Shown: one piece after another, positions 1 to 12,432 of the stretch
Numbering within the stretch: position 1 is the stretch's first letter
Layout: the number at the start of each line of letters is the position of its first letter
DNA from: Pristiophorus japonicus
Lineage: Eukaryota
Length of the DNA: 64,000 bases
Direction of reading: 5' to 3'
Assembly: GCF_044704955.1 (NCBI RefSeq)
Contig: NC_091984.1
Location: forward strand, 52,886,001-52,950,000
Position numbers and translations under genes: made by a program
Notes under the pieces: model-generated
Database searches by the model: none
The model's input: only the letters and a program-made list of their open reading frames with translations
Told to the model about the DNA's origin: nothing

Positions 1-52
1 CGGCATAACGCCGAGAAATGGATGGACCATCGATTTTGACCAATTCCGGCCC
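1..52. mobile_element. End of a Harbinger-type MITE inserted next to a CR1 fragment
   Basis: CpG-rich segment ending ccaattccggccc, resembling the GGGCYNNAATT termini of other MITEs in the window. Confidence 0.45.
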
Positions 53-59
53 ATCGATC

Positions 60-535
60 TCTAGACTTAAGGAAGGATATAGTTGCCTTAGAGGGAGTGC
101 AATAAAGGTTCACCAGACTGATTCCTGGGATGGGGAATTGTCCTATCTGGAGAGATTGAGGAGACTAAGCCGATATTCCCTAGAATTTGGAAGAATGAGA
201 GGTAATGAAACATATAAAATTCTTAAGGGGCTTGGGTAGATGCTGGGAGGTTGTTTTCCCTGGCTGGGGAGTCTAAAACTAGGGGTCAGTCTCAGAATAA
301 GGAGTCGGCCATTTAGGACTGAGAATTTTCTTCACTCAAAGGGTTGTGAAATTTTTCAATTCTCTACCTCCGAGGGTTGTGGATGCTCAGTTGTTGAGTA
401 TATTTTAGACAGAGATCAATAGATTTTTGGATACTAAGGGAACCAAGGGATATGGGGATAATGCAGGAAGGTGGAGTTGAGGTAGAAGATCAACCATGAT
501 CTTATTGAATGGCAGAGCTATCTCAAAGAGCCAAA
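60..535 (+). mobile_element. CR1 LINE 3' fragment
   Basis: Degenerate CR1 ORF2 C-terminus (LSYLERL.RL..YSLEFGRMRG..ETYKILKG) followed by a typical shark CR1 3' UTR. Confidence 0.85.
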
Positions 536-649
536 TCTCCTTTCCTATAAGGTCTTTCTTCTTTCAATATGTCATGGCACTAAATGGATAGAGATGCAAC
601 CAGGCTGGATATTTGTAAGCTATTGTCTCTAAAATAAAATTGGGCTTAA

Positions 650-795
650 ATTCATTATGGGATGTGGACATCACTGGCAAAGTCAGCATTTATTGCCCAT
701 CCCGAACTGAGAAGGTGGTGGTGAGCCATCTTCTTGAACCGCTGCAGTCCGAGTGGTGAAGGTACTCCCACAGTGCTGTTAGGGAGGGAGTTTGA
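650..795 (-). mobile_element. LINE 3' tail fragment, same family as 7204-8895
   Basis: ggatgtggacatcactggcaaagtcagcatttattgcccatcc matches 7215-7260, 9094-9135 and 62056-62090. Confidence 0.7.
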
Positions 796-2119
796 AAGTT
801 TATTACTATAAAATTGTGTAGAGAAAAGTCACATCCTCATCCATGGTATTTGTTATCTTCCAAACCGGGTCCAGTGACAGCAGCAATAATATGTTAAGTC
901 ATTCTCTACCATTTTTGATCGAGAGTTCTGAGCATCCTCAAAATACCCCTCAATCTAACGCACAATGCATTATTTTGTAGTAAAGTGTAACTGTGCCATT
1001 TTAAGTCTATTAAATCGAACTGATGTTATGTCAAACACCAGTTGAGTTCACTGAAGAGATAATTGCTATTGTGGCTGGAAATCAGAACCCTAACTTGATT
1101 TGTGGAAGGTGAGCTATGGGTCTGCAGACATTGTGGCCTGTTTTCTGGACTTTTTTTGTACATTGCAAATGACTACCAAGCAATTTACCTGGAATAAGTT
1201 CATGTACATTTCCTTAGGTCTATGCCAAATGTGATTCTCATGACAGGAAGTGCACATAACTGTACCATTTTATATATTATATAGATTTTTTGATGTGTGT
1301 GTGTGAGAGAGAGTGAGAAAGAGTGCGCAAGGGCAAGAGGTATCACATTCAAGGTCATATGAATTGCTAATAGTACAGTCCATACCAGGGGCATCAATCA
1401 GCTTCAATTACCACTAGATGCCTTTAGCACACTAGCAATTGTCAGATCCTGTAACTTATTTTGGCAATAGAGGGGAAGGTTTGAGAGAGAAAAAATAACT
1501 GGGCATCTGAGTGAAAACCTGAGATCTACACAGCCAATTACTTAGGCACTACAACTTGACAAGAGATTCTATATATAAAAAAATGATCAATGAAACAACA
1601 GGCTCCATCCAACTGTGACAACTATCATGCATGCTGTGCAAGGACCTCCCCTTCCTTGACTGGTGTTGGAGTAAGGCATATGCTTTGAAGAAGGATATCT
1701 CTCAGGATCTAGCGAATATAAAGCAAGGATGTGGGTGCACAAAGTAAAATGCACTTCACACAACAGCCCAGATCTTTACAGGCACCTGTCTGTTTAAAGT
1801 GAAAATTATCTTGGACCGAGAAGAAACTTATGTACTTCTCCTCAGATTTTCTCGCATTTCTCTTGCACATTATACAATGGATACCAGAGCAACACAATTT
1901 TCTTGCAACCAGTGACCAAACTGAATAATGCGCAGGTGGGGGTGGCACCCGTGTTGCGTTAGGTGACTGCTTCATGAAAATAAAGCAGTGCAATAGCACT
2001 TCAGTTTAAATCAAATAAATCAACTGGACAAGCTTATGGTTGGACACTATCTGCCGAAAACACTCGACACAGACAACAAACAAAAAACTTGCTAAAAGTG
2101 AAATACAATTATCCCATAA

Positions 2120-2330
2120 ACTGAAATAAATGCAGAAAATGCCGGAAACACTCAGTAAGTCAGGCAGCATCTGTGGAGAGAGGCAGGTAGGGTTAGCGTT
2201 TTAGGTCGATGACCTTTCTTGGTGAGACATTAACCCCGCCCTCCTCTCTCCACAGATGCTGCCTGGTCTGCTGAGTGTTTCCAGTATTTATTTCAGATTT
2301 CCAGCATCTACAGTATTTTGCTTTTTATTC
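2120..2330. mobile_element. Penelope-type foldback (inverted pseudo-LTR) repeat
   Basis: Arms ggaaacactcagtaagtcaggcagcatctgtggagag and ctctccacagatgctgcctggtctgctgagtgtttcc are reverse complements; related half-copy at 14277-14382. Penelope assignment is from family recognition. Confidence 0.65.
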
Positions 2331-4184
2331 AATACACTTACTGGCTGGAGACCTTTCAAAGATGCAACACATTTCGGGGTTAAGATGACATTAATGAACC
2401 ACTCAAGCTTTGTTGTCTTGACAACATATGATACTGCCTCATAACAGATTTCAGCCACTGTATTACCATATATGTAATAATTCCAGGGCATTTACTGTTT
2501 TTCAAACTATATTGTTTTAATCTGGTCTAGGGATATTCTTCATATTCAGGTTCATTTTAATGTTCCCACCTCCTGTCAGAATTACTGAGAAATACAGTCA
2601 ATTCTGTATCAGTGGGCGAGATTAATTGCTGAGGCATCACTGAAAACTTTTGATAAAGTGGGTAGTTGATTCCGAAAACATATATATTACATATGGTATA
2701 TTGTTAAAGACACAGCCGAATGTAATACCTGCCATGGTATTGATTCTGAGCTTCAGTTCCAAGGCTGCATTATGCAAATGAAGATATCAAAAGCTAGAAC
2801 TTATTTTTAAACTCAATGCCCAAGTAGAAATAATCGCCATAAATGTACCATTTGAAACAACAAGCACATTTCCGGGCAATATATATGGGGTTATCTACTG
2901 CAAATACTCTAGTACCCAAAGTGAAACCCTGACTAGTGCAGCAACTATAAATCAATTCAACGACTGCCTTTTAACTGTTGGGTGACAGTAGGTTGCCACA
3001 TCAACTTATACTTTCCAATAATACCTCATTCCTCAAGTAATACAGGGCTTGTAAGTAATCCGGGTGCTCTGCTCGCAGATTGACTGGTCTGATGAACCTG
3101 CGACTGACTCCACATAAACTTGCAAGTACACTTGTTGCACTCCGCACCAACACACAGGATGCTTCCTGCAGAGGCTTTTGCAAACTTCCTGCAACCCTTT
3201 AGCTCCCAGCCATATGTATACAGCATGCTGTGTTTCTATTACACTGGTGGAGCAATGACAGTTGTCATGCTTTGGATAGACTAGCTGCCTAATTCCAGTA
3301 CTCTACAGAGAAAAAAGAAACACGGTGCATATGAATGAAATGAAAATCCAAAATATGGAATATATTTGAAATTGGTTTACACATGGAGTGAAACTCATAT
3401 TACTCTTTATTTTGCAGGTTCAAAACATAGCAATTTTATAGTTATGATTGGGGAGAATGGAAGTTAATGATGGAAAAGTTTTATTTATAGTAAATAGAGG
3501 GCCAGTCAGACTGGATTATCGCCAAATAGCAAACTGCAGATTCTCGTAGGCTGAACATGCAGTTTAATTAGAAATCAACTACATGAAACTTGAAAACCTC
3601 TTGCAGTATCCTGTACAACAAAATAATCTGTGTACATCAGACCTGTCTTGTTTACAACAAAAGTCAGCCAACTGGGACAATCTTTGCTCTTTCTCCATTA
3701 CACCTGCTCTTTTGGTGCTCTTTGTGCCAGTGGAGTAACTGACGTTATTCTAGATGGCAGGGAGGTTTTGCACCTCACTCTTCCCTTCATATGGCTCTTC
3801 ACCTTCATTTCTCAATAACAATTGAAAAAGGTCCAGTGAGCTGGACTATTGATAACCCCACCCACTTCAACACTCAAACTCGAGAGAGATAGAGGGAGAA
3901 AATTGAGTACAGGGTACAACTGTACACAGGCTGTTCAATATCTTTTAAGTATCAATAACATTTCAATACCAGTTATTAACTACTCCAATTTGGTTCGCAT
4001 TTTATGATGCTTCTTAAGCCTCTCAATGAGTTTACTGTCTACTAATCATTTCTAGGTATCTTATTTTCTGCAGTAATAACCATAATATTGAATATGAGGA
4101 ATTTCAATCTGGACAACTATAGTAATTAAAGAAATATAGCAGATTGTCTTTCAAGTTTTTCTACACATACAGATTAGTACCCAC

Positions 4185-5372
4185 TAGGGCTGAAAGCCAG
4201 TAAAAAATATTAATTGCAATTAATTTCACGATTAGAATTTTTAATCTGTTAATCTCGGTTTTAATCGCATATTTAATTGATACAATTACAACATCCATTT
4301 TATTCAAGCTTATTTTTATTAGTGATGCTATTCTCATCCAAAAACCAACCCAGACTATAAATCCTTTTTTCCTATTTCTGGAAAAGCAACAGAAAAATAA
4401 ATAGAACTTAAGTTAGAGGGTACAAACTCAGGCTGTGACAGAGCTGGGGGAAGACATGGACTCAGGCTTTGACGGGCAGGGTATGCACAGACTCGGGTCG
4501 TGATGGACATGGGCACAAACCATGGCAGGGTGGGGACAGGCACCGACTTGGGATTATGACAGGGGAGGAGGGCACAGGCTTTAAGGTCCTGTGGATGGTT
4601 CTTCTGTCCAGGGTGAAATGGTGGGTGCAGTGGGCTGGTATTATTTACTTGTTTAACAATGGGACTGAATATTCAGCCCCTACAGGCGTGTGCACACCTC
4701 GTACGAATCCTCTTGACAGATTGCAAGCATCCGAAATAGGGCCTCCGCAGGCAGAGAGTTGGGTATTTGCCCAACTTCTGCCCAGCAAATGCTCTTGAAA
4801 TTCTTACGCTGGTAAAAGCAGGCGTAAGGCCCGCTTGTACCAGCGTAAGAGTTTAAAAAAAAGAAAATGTTATCACTCATTTATATATTAAAAATCCTGT
4901 CCATTAAGGTAAGTTTATTTTTAGCCCTGTTAAAACATATTAAAAAAGTCAAAACAATAAATGTTTGTATAAAATATTTAATTAAATTGCATTTTAATTA
5001 ATTTTAAATATGTAATGTTTTTATTTATTTATTTAATGTGTTTGTGTGTTTTGGTGGGTATCCCCATTAATACTTATGGCAGCTCCATAGAAACGGAACT
5101 TACCATACGTATGAATGTGGATTCCCCCTACTTTCATTGGTTTGGCCGGCCCATGTGTTCCACGGGGCGCTTGCGAAGCGCCTGCGTTCCTGGGATACGT
5201 GGGCCGCTACCAAGTCGCCGAACCACCTGGACCCACAGGTAAGTTCATAGATTTTTTGCAAGTCGGAGGCATTCGCCCATGGAAGCCTCCAACCGCAAAA
5301 TGTGGGCCAATGAATTTTTTAAAAACCTACCCATTAATTGCAGAAGTTAACTGCGATTAATTCACTGCCCCA
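4185..5372. mobile_element. hAT-like non-autonomous DNA transposon (TAGGGCTG terminus) interrupted by a Harbinger-type MITE
   Basis: Starts TAGGGCTG, ends ctgcccca (degenerate TIR), with subterminal TTAATCGC/GCGATTAA motifs at both ends. Confidence 0.55.
4661..5308. mobile_element. Harbinger-type MITE
   Basis: Termini GGGACTGAATATT / AAAATGTGGGCC, 3-bp TSD AAT on both sides, CpG-rich ends with AT-rich core. Confidence 0.65.
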
Positions 5373-6088
5373 ATAACTCACTACAATAAGTTTCAGCTAG
5401 AAATTACATTAGAAAAGCTGCAAGAGAGACCGCGTAGCTGTGTGATTATATAACAGTGATCTAATCGACACCTCAGATGATGTCATATACTAGAGGAGCA
5501 AAGCCCAGCTAGTTTATAACTGTTATCTGAACTCTGAGAAGGGATTCTGTTGAAATCATTCCAAATGGTCATGCTGTTGTTTTTGCATTTTTTAAAGTTT
5601 ATACTGCGAGTTTGATGGTGGTGTCTTTATTCTGTTTTGGGATAGTCTTTGTTGACAGTGTGGATGGCAATGGCTCTGCGGAGTTGATTACAAGAAACTT
5701 CTATGATTTATTGAATATACTTTTTAAAAGAACAAAAATACAAGTAAGTATAAATAAGAGCATTATAAAGATTAGACGAAATCATATCTATAAAAGTGTT
5801 GATATTGAAAGTATAGATACTAGTGTAACAACTATTAGTGCGTCACTTCCTCCCATTCAAAATAAATAGGCAAAAAGTTACTCAACGTAACATTAAGTTT
5901 GCTTATTAGACACTTACAATGGAAAATTCAGGAATTTGGGAAAACACTGAGATTACAAATTCAAAGCATATGTTTTGATTTTTTTTTTCAAAATATGTTG
6001 CTTTAATTCCAAACCATACTTCCAAAAAAAGCAGTTTTTTTTCCAAATCAATATTAAAAAGTTGCGTTATCAGTCAACATAACCTTAC

Positions 6089-6131
6089 CATTCAGCCTTG
6101 CTTGCCTGTTGGACCTTACTCGCAAAAATGT
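6089..6131 (-). CDS. RNF220: RNF220 coding exon (equivalent to mammalian exon 6), 43 nt, phase 0 to 1
   Basis: cttttctgtttttcttTAG|ACA TTT TTG CGA GTA AGG TCC AAC AGG CAA GCA AGG CTG AAT G|GTAAGG = TFLRVRSNRQARLN; recalled human TFLRVRANRQTRLN; continues in frame from the 96-nt exon. Confidence 0.95.
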
Positions 6132-6284
6132 CTAAAGAAAAACAGAAAAGAAAGGTGAAAAATAAACAAGAGGCACTCAAACTGTCAGATTTTGTTTGAA
6201 TATCTGTGAAAAATCTGCCTGAAGCAGCTAGATTGCAGTGGATTCTCTCAATGCCTAACTGCACAGGATGTAAACAAAACCTAC

Positions 6285-6335
6285 TTCCTCCTTGCCATTG
6301 GTCTGTTCTGTATCCTCCATTACTGCTGGGTCCAT
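6285..6335 (-). CDS. RNF220: Candidate alternative first coding exon of a short RNF220 isoform (MDPAVMEDTEQTNGKEE); in-frame upstream ATG at 6377 would add MPSNINRFSHFNPA
   Basis: ATG in good Kozak context (gctATGG), 17 codons, donor GAA|GTAGGT in phase 0, 153-nt intron to the phase-0 TFLRVR exon; directly downstream of a promoter motif cluster. Confidence 0.6.
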
Positions 6336-6379
6336 AGCAGGATTAAAATGGGAGAACCTGTTAATATTACTTGGCATGA

Positions 6380-6600
6380 ATGTAGCAGCTGGGAACTTTA
6401 CACCTTTATAATCCGATCCGGGCAGGTCACAGAAACAGAGAGGATGTCATTAGATTCAAACCAAGAGGCTGCATCTTGCTCAGCTTGCACCAGGCCTTGA
6501 AAACCGCCGGGTCACGTGACCGCCAGCGAAAGGTGAAAGTGCAAAGTACAAGGCGCACATGCGCAGATTGGCCGATAGGTGGCAGCAGACCAGCACTGAA
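6380..6600 (-). promoter_or_regulatory. Putative internal promoter of RNF220
   Basis: CpG-enriched non-repeat patch with CTCF-like TGGCCGATAGGTGGCAGCA (6569-6587, + strand), CCAAT (minus, 6571-6567), NRF1-like GCGCACATGCGCA (6553-6565), palindromic E-box GGTCACGTGACC (6510-6521), minus-strand TATAAAG (6410-6404) and Inr-like CTACATT about 27 nt downstream. Confidence 0.7.
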
Positions 6601-7203
6601 GCGCTGTACCTGAATTCCACCCTGGAGTTTCATTCTGCAGTTTAAACCAAAGCCTATTCTGCATCGGTCGCTGCTTTGCGTAGCAGACAATTCCTTCGTT
6701 AAATAATTACATCAAATCGATTAAAATAAATATTTTAATGCATTTAAAACACAAAGTCTCTTTTTGACCAGTTTTGGAAATAATGGAAAAAATTGCATTA
6801 ACTTTTTAAAGGAGTGCCTTGGACTGAAAATTCCTTATTGAAGAGATGCCACTCATTGGAACTGGGAAAAGGACAGCTAATATGTCAGTGGGCCTTTAAA
6901 GTGACAAGACTTTTTTTTAAATGGAAGGAAAGATGAACTTGTTTTCTATTTTTTTACATATAGACTAATATTACTCTGAGTAAGTTACAAGATTCAATAC
7001 AGGAAGTTTAGATGATGTTACACACTGCTCCAGTGGGTCGTAAAAGTTTTCTAAACCACTTTAGATAGCAACATATACTATATCAATTATTTTTTAAATC
7101 ACTTTTTAATCATTTTGTGGGCACTCCAGCAAAGGTTGCAAGGCTGTGATAACATAATGTTGAACACAAGATACAGCTATGAATCATGACCTATGACTTT
7201 TTA

Positions 7204-8895
7204 ATTAATTCATAGGATGTGGGCGTCGCTGGCAAGGCCAATTGCCCATCCCTAATTGCCTTGAGAAGGTCACTGCAATCCGCGTTGGGCAGGGAGTTCC
7301 AGGATTTTGACCCAGCAATGATGAAGGAACGGCAATATACTTCCAAGTCAGGATGGTGTGTGATTTGCAGGGGAACTTGCAGGTAGTGGTGTTCCTATGA
7401 GCCTGCTGCCCTTGTCCTTCTAGGTCGCGGATTTGTGAGGGGTTGTCAAAGAAGCCTTGGCGAGTTGCTGCAGTGCATCTTGTAAATGGTACACACTGCA
7501 GCCACGATGCGCCAATGGTGGAGGGGTGAATGTTTAAGGTGGTGGATTGGATACCAATCAAGCAGGCTGCTTTGTCCTAGATGGTGTCGAGCTTGACTGT
7601 TGTTGGAGCTGCACTCATCCAGGCAAGTGGAGAGTATTCCATCACACTCCTGATTTGTGCCTTGTAGATGGTGGAAAGGCTTTGGGGAGTCAGGAGGTGA
7701 GACACTCGCCACAGAATACCCAGCCTCTGACCTGCTCATGTAGCTACAATATTTATGTGGCTGGTCCAGTTAAATTTCTCCCCAAGATGTTGGTGGGGGA
7801 TTCGACGATAGTAATGACAATGGTTTGACTTTCTCTTCCTGGAGATGGTCATTGCCTGGCACTTGTGTAGCGCGAATGTTACTTGAATGTTGTCCAGATC
7901 TTGGTGCCTGCGGACAGGGACTGCTTCATTATCTGAGGATTTGCAAATAGAACTGAACACTGTGCAATTATCAGCAAACATCCCCACTTCTGACCTTATG
8001 ATGGAGGGAAGGTCATTATGAAGATACTTGGGCCTAGGACACTGCCCTGAAGAACTCTTGCAGCGATGTCCTGGGGCTGAGATGATTGGCCTCCAACAAC
8101 CACAACTCTCTTCCTTTGTGCTAGGTATGACTCCAGCCAGTGGAGAATTTTTCCCCTGATTCTCATTTTGACTTCCAAGTTTACTGATGCCACACTTCAT
8201 CAAATGCTTGATGTCAAGGGCAGTCATTCTCACTTCACTTCTGGTATTCAGCTCTTTTGTCCATGTTTGGACCAAGGTTGTAATGAGAACAGGAGCCGAG
8301 TGGTCCTGGCCGAACCCAAACTGAGCATAGGTGAGCATGTTATTGGTGACTAAGTGTCATTTGATAGCACTGTCGATGACACCTTTCATCACTTTGCTGA
8401 TGATTGAGAGTAAACTGATGGGCCGGTAATTGGCCAGATTGGATTTGTCCTGCTTTTGTGGACAGGACATACTTGGGCAATTTTTCAATTTGTTGGGTAG
8501 GAATTTTGAATTTTGGAGAGGAATTTTCCCAGATTTTTTCTCCCTAACTTGGCCTGGGTTTTTATCTGGTTTTTGCCTCTCCCAGGAGATCACATAGCTC
8601 CGGTTGGGGTGGAGTGTAGAATGTTTCAGTATAAGAGGTGTCGCAGTTGTGTGAGGCGGACTGGTTGGGCTGGGTGCTCTTTGTCTTTCCGTAATTGTTC
8701 ATAGGTTTATATGTAACCTTCAGGGCTGCTGACCAAGGGCCGTGTGGCTCTTTGTCGACCGGCGTGGACATGATGGGCCGAAATGGCCTCCTTCTGCGCT
8801 GTAAATTTCTATGTTTTCTATGCCAGTGTTGTCACTGTACTGGAACAGCTTGGCTAGAGGCACGGTTAGTTCTGGAGCACAAGCTCTCCGCACTA
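7204..8895 (-). mobile_element. Decayed CR1-clade LINE, RT region plus 3' UTR
   Basis: ORF fragments ANYRPISLLSIISKVM, QFGF...HSAP, ALDIK, QGSVLGP, MFADNCTVF (RT YADD-equivalent motif); multiple frameshifts. Confidence 0.9.
8501..8820 (+). mobile_element. SINE-like or truncated CR1-tail element inserted in the LINE
   Basis: Interrupts the LINE between gggtag and atgccag; ends with the CR1-type tail gggccgaaatggcctccttctgcgctgtaaatttctatg. Confidence 0.7.
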
Positions 8896-9612
8896 CCTGA
8901 ATCTGACGAATAACAGTTTCACATCAATGTGAAAGTATTCCAAGGCTGGGAATGACTTTCCATGTTATATACTACTTAGCATAAACTACTGTAATTGTTT
9001 TGCAGGCATACCTGTAAAATCACAAATTCAGCAGCATGTGCCCACGGTGGCAGAGGGAGAATACCCATAAGCAAAAGTGTTTTTTTGTTCTCAGGATGTT
9101 GGCAAGACCACATTTATTGACCATCCCTAATTGCACTGTGAGGATGTTGGGGCTTCTTAGTAGCAACTGAACAGATAATTATTTTTCCCTGATAATGGAC
9201 AATTGGGCAATTTCAACATATATGGTATTGAAGTACAATAAGGAAGAAAGTAAAAAAATAAACAAATTAAGAGTTATTCATTTTGGATCACAGTAAACGC
9301 ATGTTGGATCAGTCCGAAGAATAAACTTGTTAAAAGTGAACAAAGATGCAAAAATAAGATTGCAGACAACAGGCGAGCTTAACGTGGAGCCTACAGTTCC
9401 TCATGGAGAGAAGATTCTTAGGCCTTGTGTCTCTTCTGCATGTGAGAGGTTAATGATAGCACAACACAGTAAAACACACATTTTCATCAACTACAGGAGA
9501 ACGTCAATTATCCAAACTATTTATAATTAGAATTAGTGAGGATCCAATAATTCACTTGCTGAGATACTCAAACACCAATTAGGTCACATAGGTTTTTTCT
9601 TTCACTGTGTAG

Positions 9613-10095
9613 AAATATAGAATCATAGAAGCATACAGTGCAGAAGGACATTCGGTCCATCTTGCCTGTGCCGGCTCTTTGAAAGATTAGTCCCACTTCC
9701 CCACTCCTCCCCCATTTGCTCTGCAAATTTTTTCCCTTCAAGTATGTATCCAATTACCTTTTGAAAGTTATTATTGAATCTGCTTCCACTGCCCTTTCAA
9801 ACATTGCATTCCAGATCACAACAACCTGCTGTGTAAAAATAAGTCTACTCATCTCCCCTCTGGTTTTTATCTTAAATCTGTGCCCCCTGGTTACCAACCC
9901 TCCTGCCAGTGAAAACAGTTTCCCCTATTAAAGCCCCTCATAATTTTGACCACATCTATTAAATCTCTCCTTAACCTTCTCTGCTTGAAGGAGAACAATT
10001 CCAGATTTTCTAGTCTCTACACATAACTGAAGTTCCTCATCCCTGGTACCATTCTGGTAAGTCTCCTCTGCACCCTCTCCAAGGCCTTGACATTC
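9613..10095 (-). mobile_element. CR1 LINE 3' fragment
   Basis: Begins with the tail atagaatcatagaa on +; the minus strand encodes degenerate CR1 ORF2 C-terminus. Confidence 0.85.
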
Positions 10096-10301
10096 TATTG
10101 TACTTTTCACTGTACTTTAACAATTACCTGTATCCAAGACCCTAGTTATTTATAGTATACTAAGTTCCAGTAAATCCTGTTCAGTGACCTTATTATCAAG
10201 GATATCTCCACCATAATGCCGCAATAAATGCTGGCTGTCAGATCTTCCAACTCACCCACATTTTGCGCTGACACCCACATTCATCAACAATCACACCGCT
10301 G

Positions 10302-10800
10302 TCATCTGTGACCTAATTGATACATGTCACTCCAGCGAGCAGCGCAAGCTGGTGCAGGAGGGTGACAGCAATGAAGAGGGTGGCTGGATTGGACATCACC
10401 ATAATCCAGGTCGGTGACTGGAGTGTGGGCAGGTACAGCAGGAGCGGCGAGGTCGAGGCAAAGGAGCGGCAAAAGATTGCAGAGCGACGTGATCGGGGCC
10501 CAGGAGAGGCGCGAGTTCGGGGCCCAGGAGCAGCATGGACCAGCCCACACATAAACGATATGTGTGCGCAGTAGTCCATGCAGCAGAGCTCGTTTCCAGT
10601 CATCTTGGTTAGTCCTTGCCACTGGAGTTAGCTCTGTCAAGCCCGTGTGGTTAAAAAAAATCCATGCACAGGTATCTTCCACCCTTCAACATGTAGTTTT
10701 GGACCAGGAATATTAGGTCCTTCATTGAAACACCTGTGAACTCATTCCTTTTTGGCGTGGAAGCAAGTCATCCTCAATATGAGGGACTGCCTAAGAAGAA
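10302..10800 (+). mobile_element. RTE-derived non-autonomous retroelement
   Basis: 3' end ggaagcaagtcatcctcaatatgagggactgcctaagaagaa matches the RTE 3' ends at 57588-57641 (+) and 32900-32947 (-); no coding body. Confidence 0.65.
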
Positions 10801-11099
10801 ATGATTAAGAATTATGCGGTTAACAGACAATGGTATGCATGTTTGTATGTGTGATTGTTCAGGAATAAAGTTGCCACTCAGAAAATGCCATTGAGTTAGA
10901 AATTCTGACTTTATCCAGTCACAAGGCAAAAACACAGCAGCAGCGCCTTCAGAGATGTAATAGCAGCTTCAATATGATGACGTGAGAGCTAGAAGTCTCC
11001 CAGTTTCAGAAAATAAAGACATATTTCACAAAATAAAACAATTTTAACAAGCTTCAACATGCTCCTGGAATTTCCAATTAAATTGTGAACAATGAGAGA

Positions 11100-11520
11100 G
11101 AAGAACATAAGAAAGTAGAAAAAAGAAAAGGTCATTCAACCCATCTAGTTTGCCATTTTAACTCAGGATCTGGTCCAATAGATTATCTCTTCCTCATATC
11201 CTGGGACTGATGCTCTATTCAAGAATGTGTCAATTTCTTTTTTTTAATACTTCAACATAATGCATGTTCACTTTGTTACTTGTCAGTCTGTTAGAAGTGC
11301 AAAGTGCTTACTTCGTAAATGATATTTAGTTTTTGGCTACATTAGCTTACATTCAAGCCTCAGTTTCTATTTTGATTCAATGCAAATAGCTTCTCAACAC
11401 CCCGCCCACTGTTCTCATGATTTTAAAAATGTTGGTCATGATCTCTTCCCCTTCTCACCATGGTTTTCTTTTTTCCAATGAAAATATATTTAATTTTCTC
11501 AGCCTGTCTCCATCCTTATT
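11100..11520 (-). mobile_element. Old CR1 3' fragment
   Basis: aagaacataagaa tail and ggtcattcaacccatc motif; highly decayed. Confidence 0.45.
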
Positions 11521-11984
11521 GTCCTTCCCTGACCCTTTCTAATGGCTCTTCCCTTGATATAAATGAAGTAACCAAAGGAACACAGCTCAGACACAAAGGG
11601 ATTAAAATTTCTCCCCACACTTTTAGCAAAAAATTGTCATGAGTAGAAAACAGGATTTCTCACTTTGGACTCGCACCGACTCTCCAGTAAAACCTTTGAC
11701 AGAAGGAGTTTCTCCGGCAAGGCGTGGTTTCAGGAATGAATGATGGTGCCAGCTCTCATTACCTATTTCTACTGTTATAAAGTCACATTACATTCCAACA
11801 CATGATTTACACTATATGTTATATCATCTTCACCAGTAAAAACAAAGCAAAAAGATTCCACATTAAGAGATTGACACTTTACTGAATTTAGAATCACGGA
11901 AGAATGCAAGTGCAATAACACAAAAAGTAAAAACACATTTTTGCAAGATCAAACACTTGTAATTAGGCAATACAGTGCAGAGTT

Positions 11985-12432
11985 AGGCCCCTTAGTTTTG
12001 GGCGAGAAGTGCGGGGGGCGTGTGGTAAACGGGGTCAAGGTGGCTGCACGATGAGATCTCTTAGGTGTTGAGGTAACTCCCAGATGATATGCCCAGCAAT
12101 GGAAGTTCAGAACCAAATTAAACCCCTGGGGCACACACAGTAAGCTTGATACTAAGTCAGGCAGGCTCACAGTACTTCAGGGCAGTTGATAATTGACCAG
12201 CCAATCTAGCTCATTAATGGAACCTGGAAGGGTAGACTGGTCACTGGGTCTGGGATACTTTTTGCTCAGCTCCAGATAACTTTTCAAACCAATGGTGAAG
12301 CAGCAGGATGCTTACCAATGTTTGTGCTGGTAGGCTGTAAGTTGGTTAAACTCCAGTGCACAGTGGTATCCGTGTGCACTCTTAGAGATCTCTCAGCCCT
12401 GGCTTTACCAACCTTCGCCTAAAATCTTTGAG
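11985..12432. mobile_element. Old Harbinger-type MITE
   Basis: Subterminal inverted similarity ttttgggcgag / ttcgcctaaaa; GC-richer than the flanks. Confidence 0.4.

Noticed and set aside
1-6088. Expected next RNF220 exon (ARIGKMKRRKQDEGQ)
   Set aside because: Searched by eye and not found; probably beyond the window start.
6427-6690. 87-aa minus-strand ORF from the track
   Set aside because: Starts at TTG, spans the promoter motifs and has no recognisable homology; at most its last part is a uORF.
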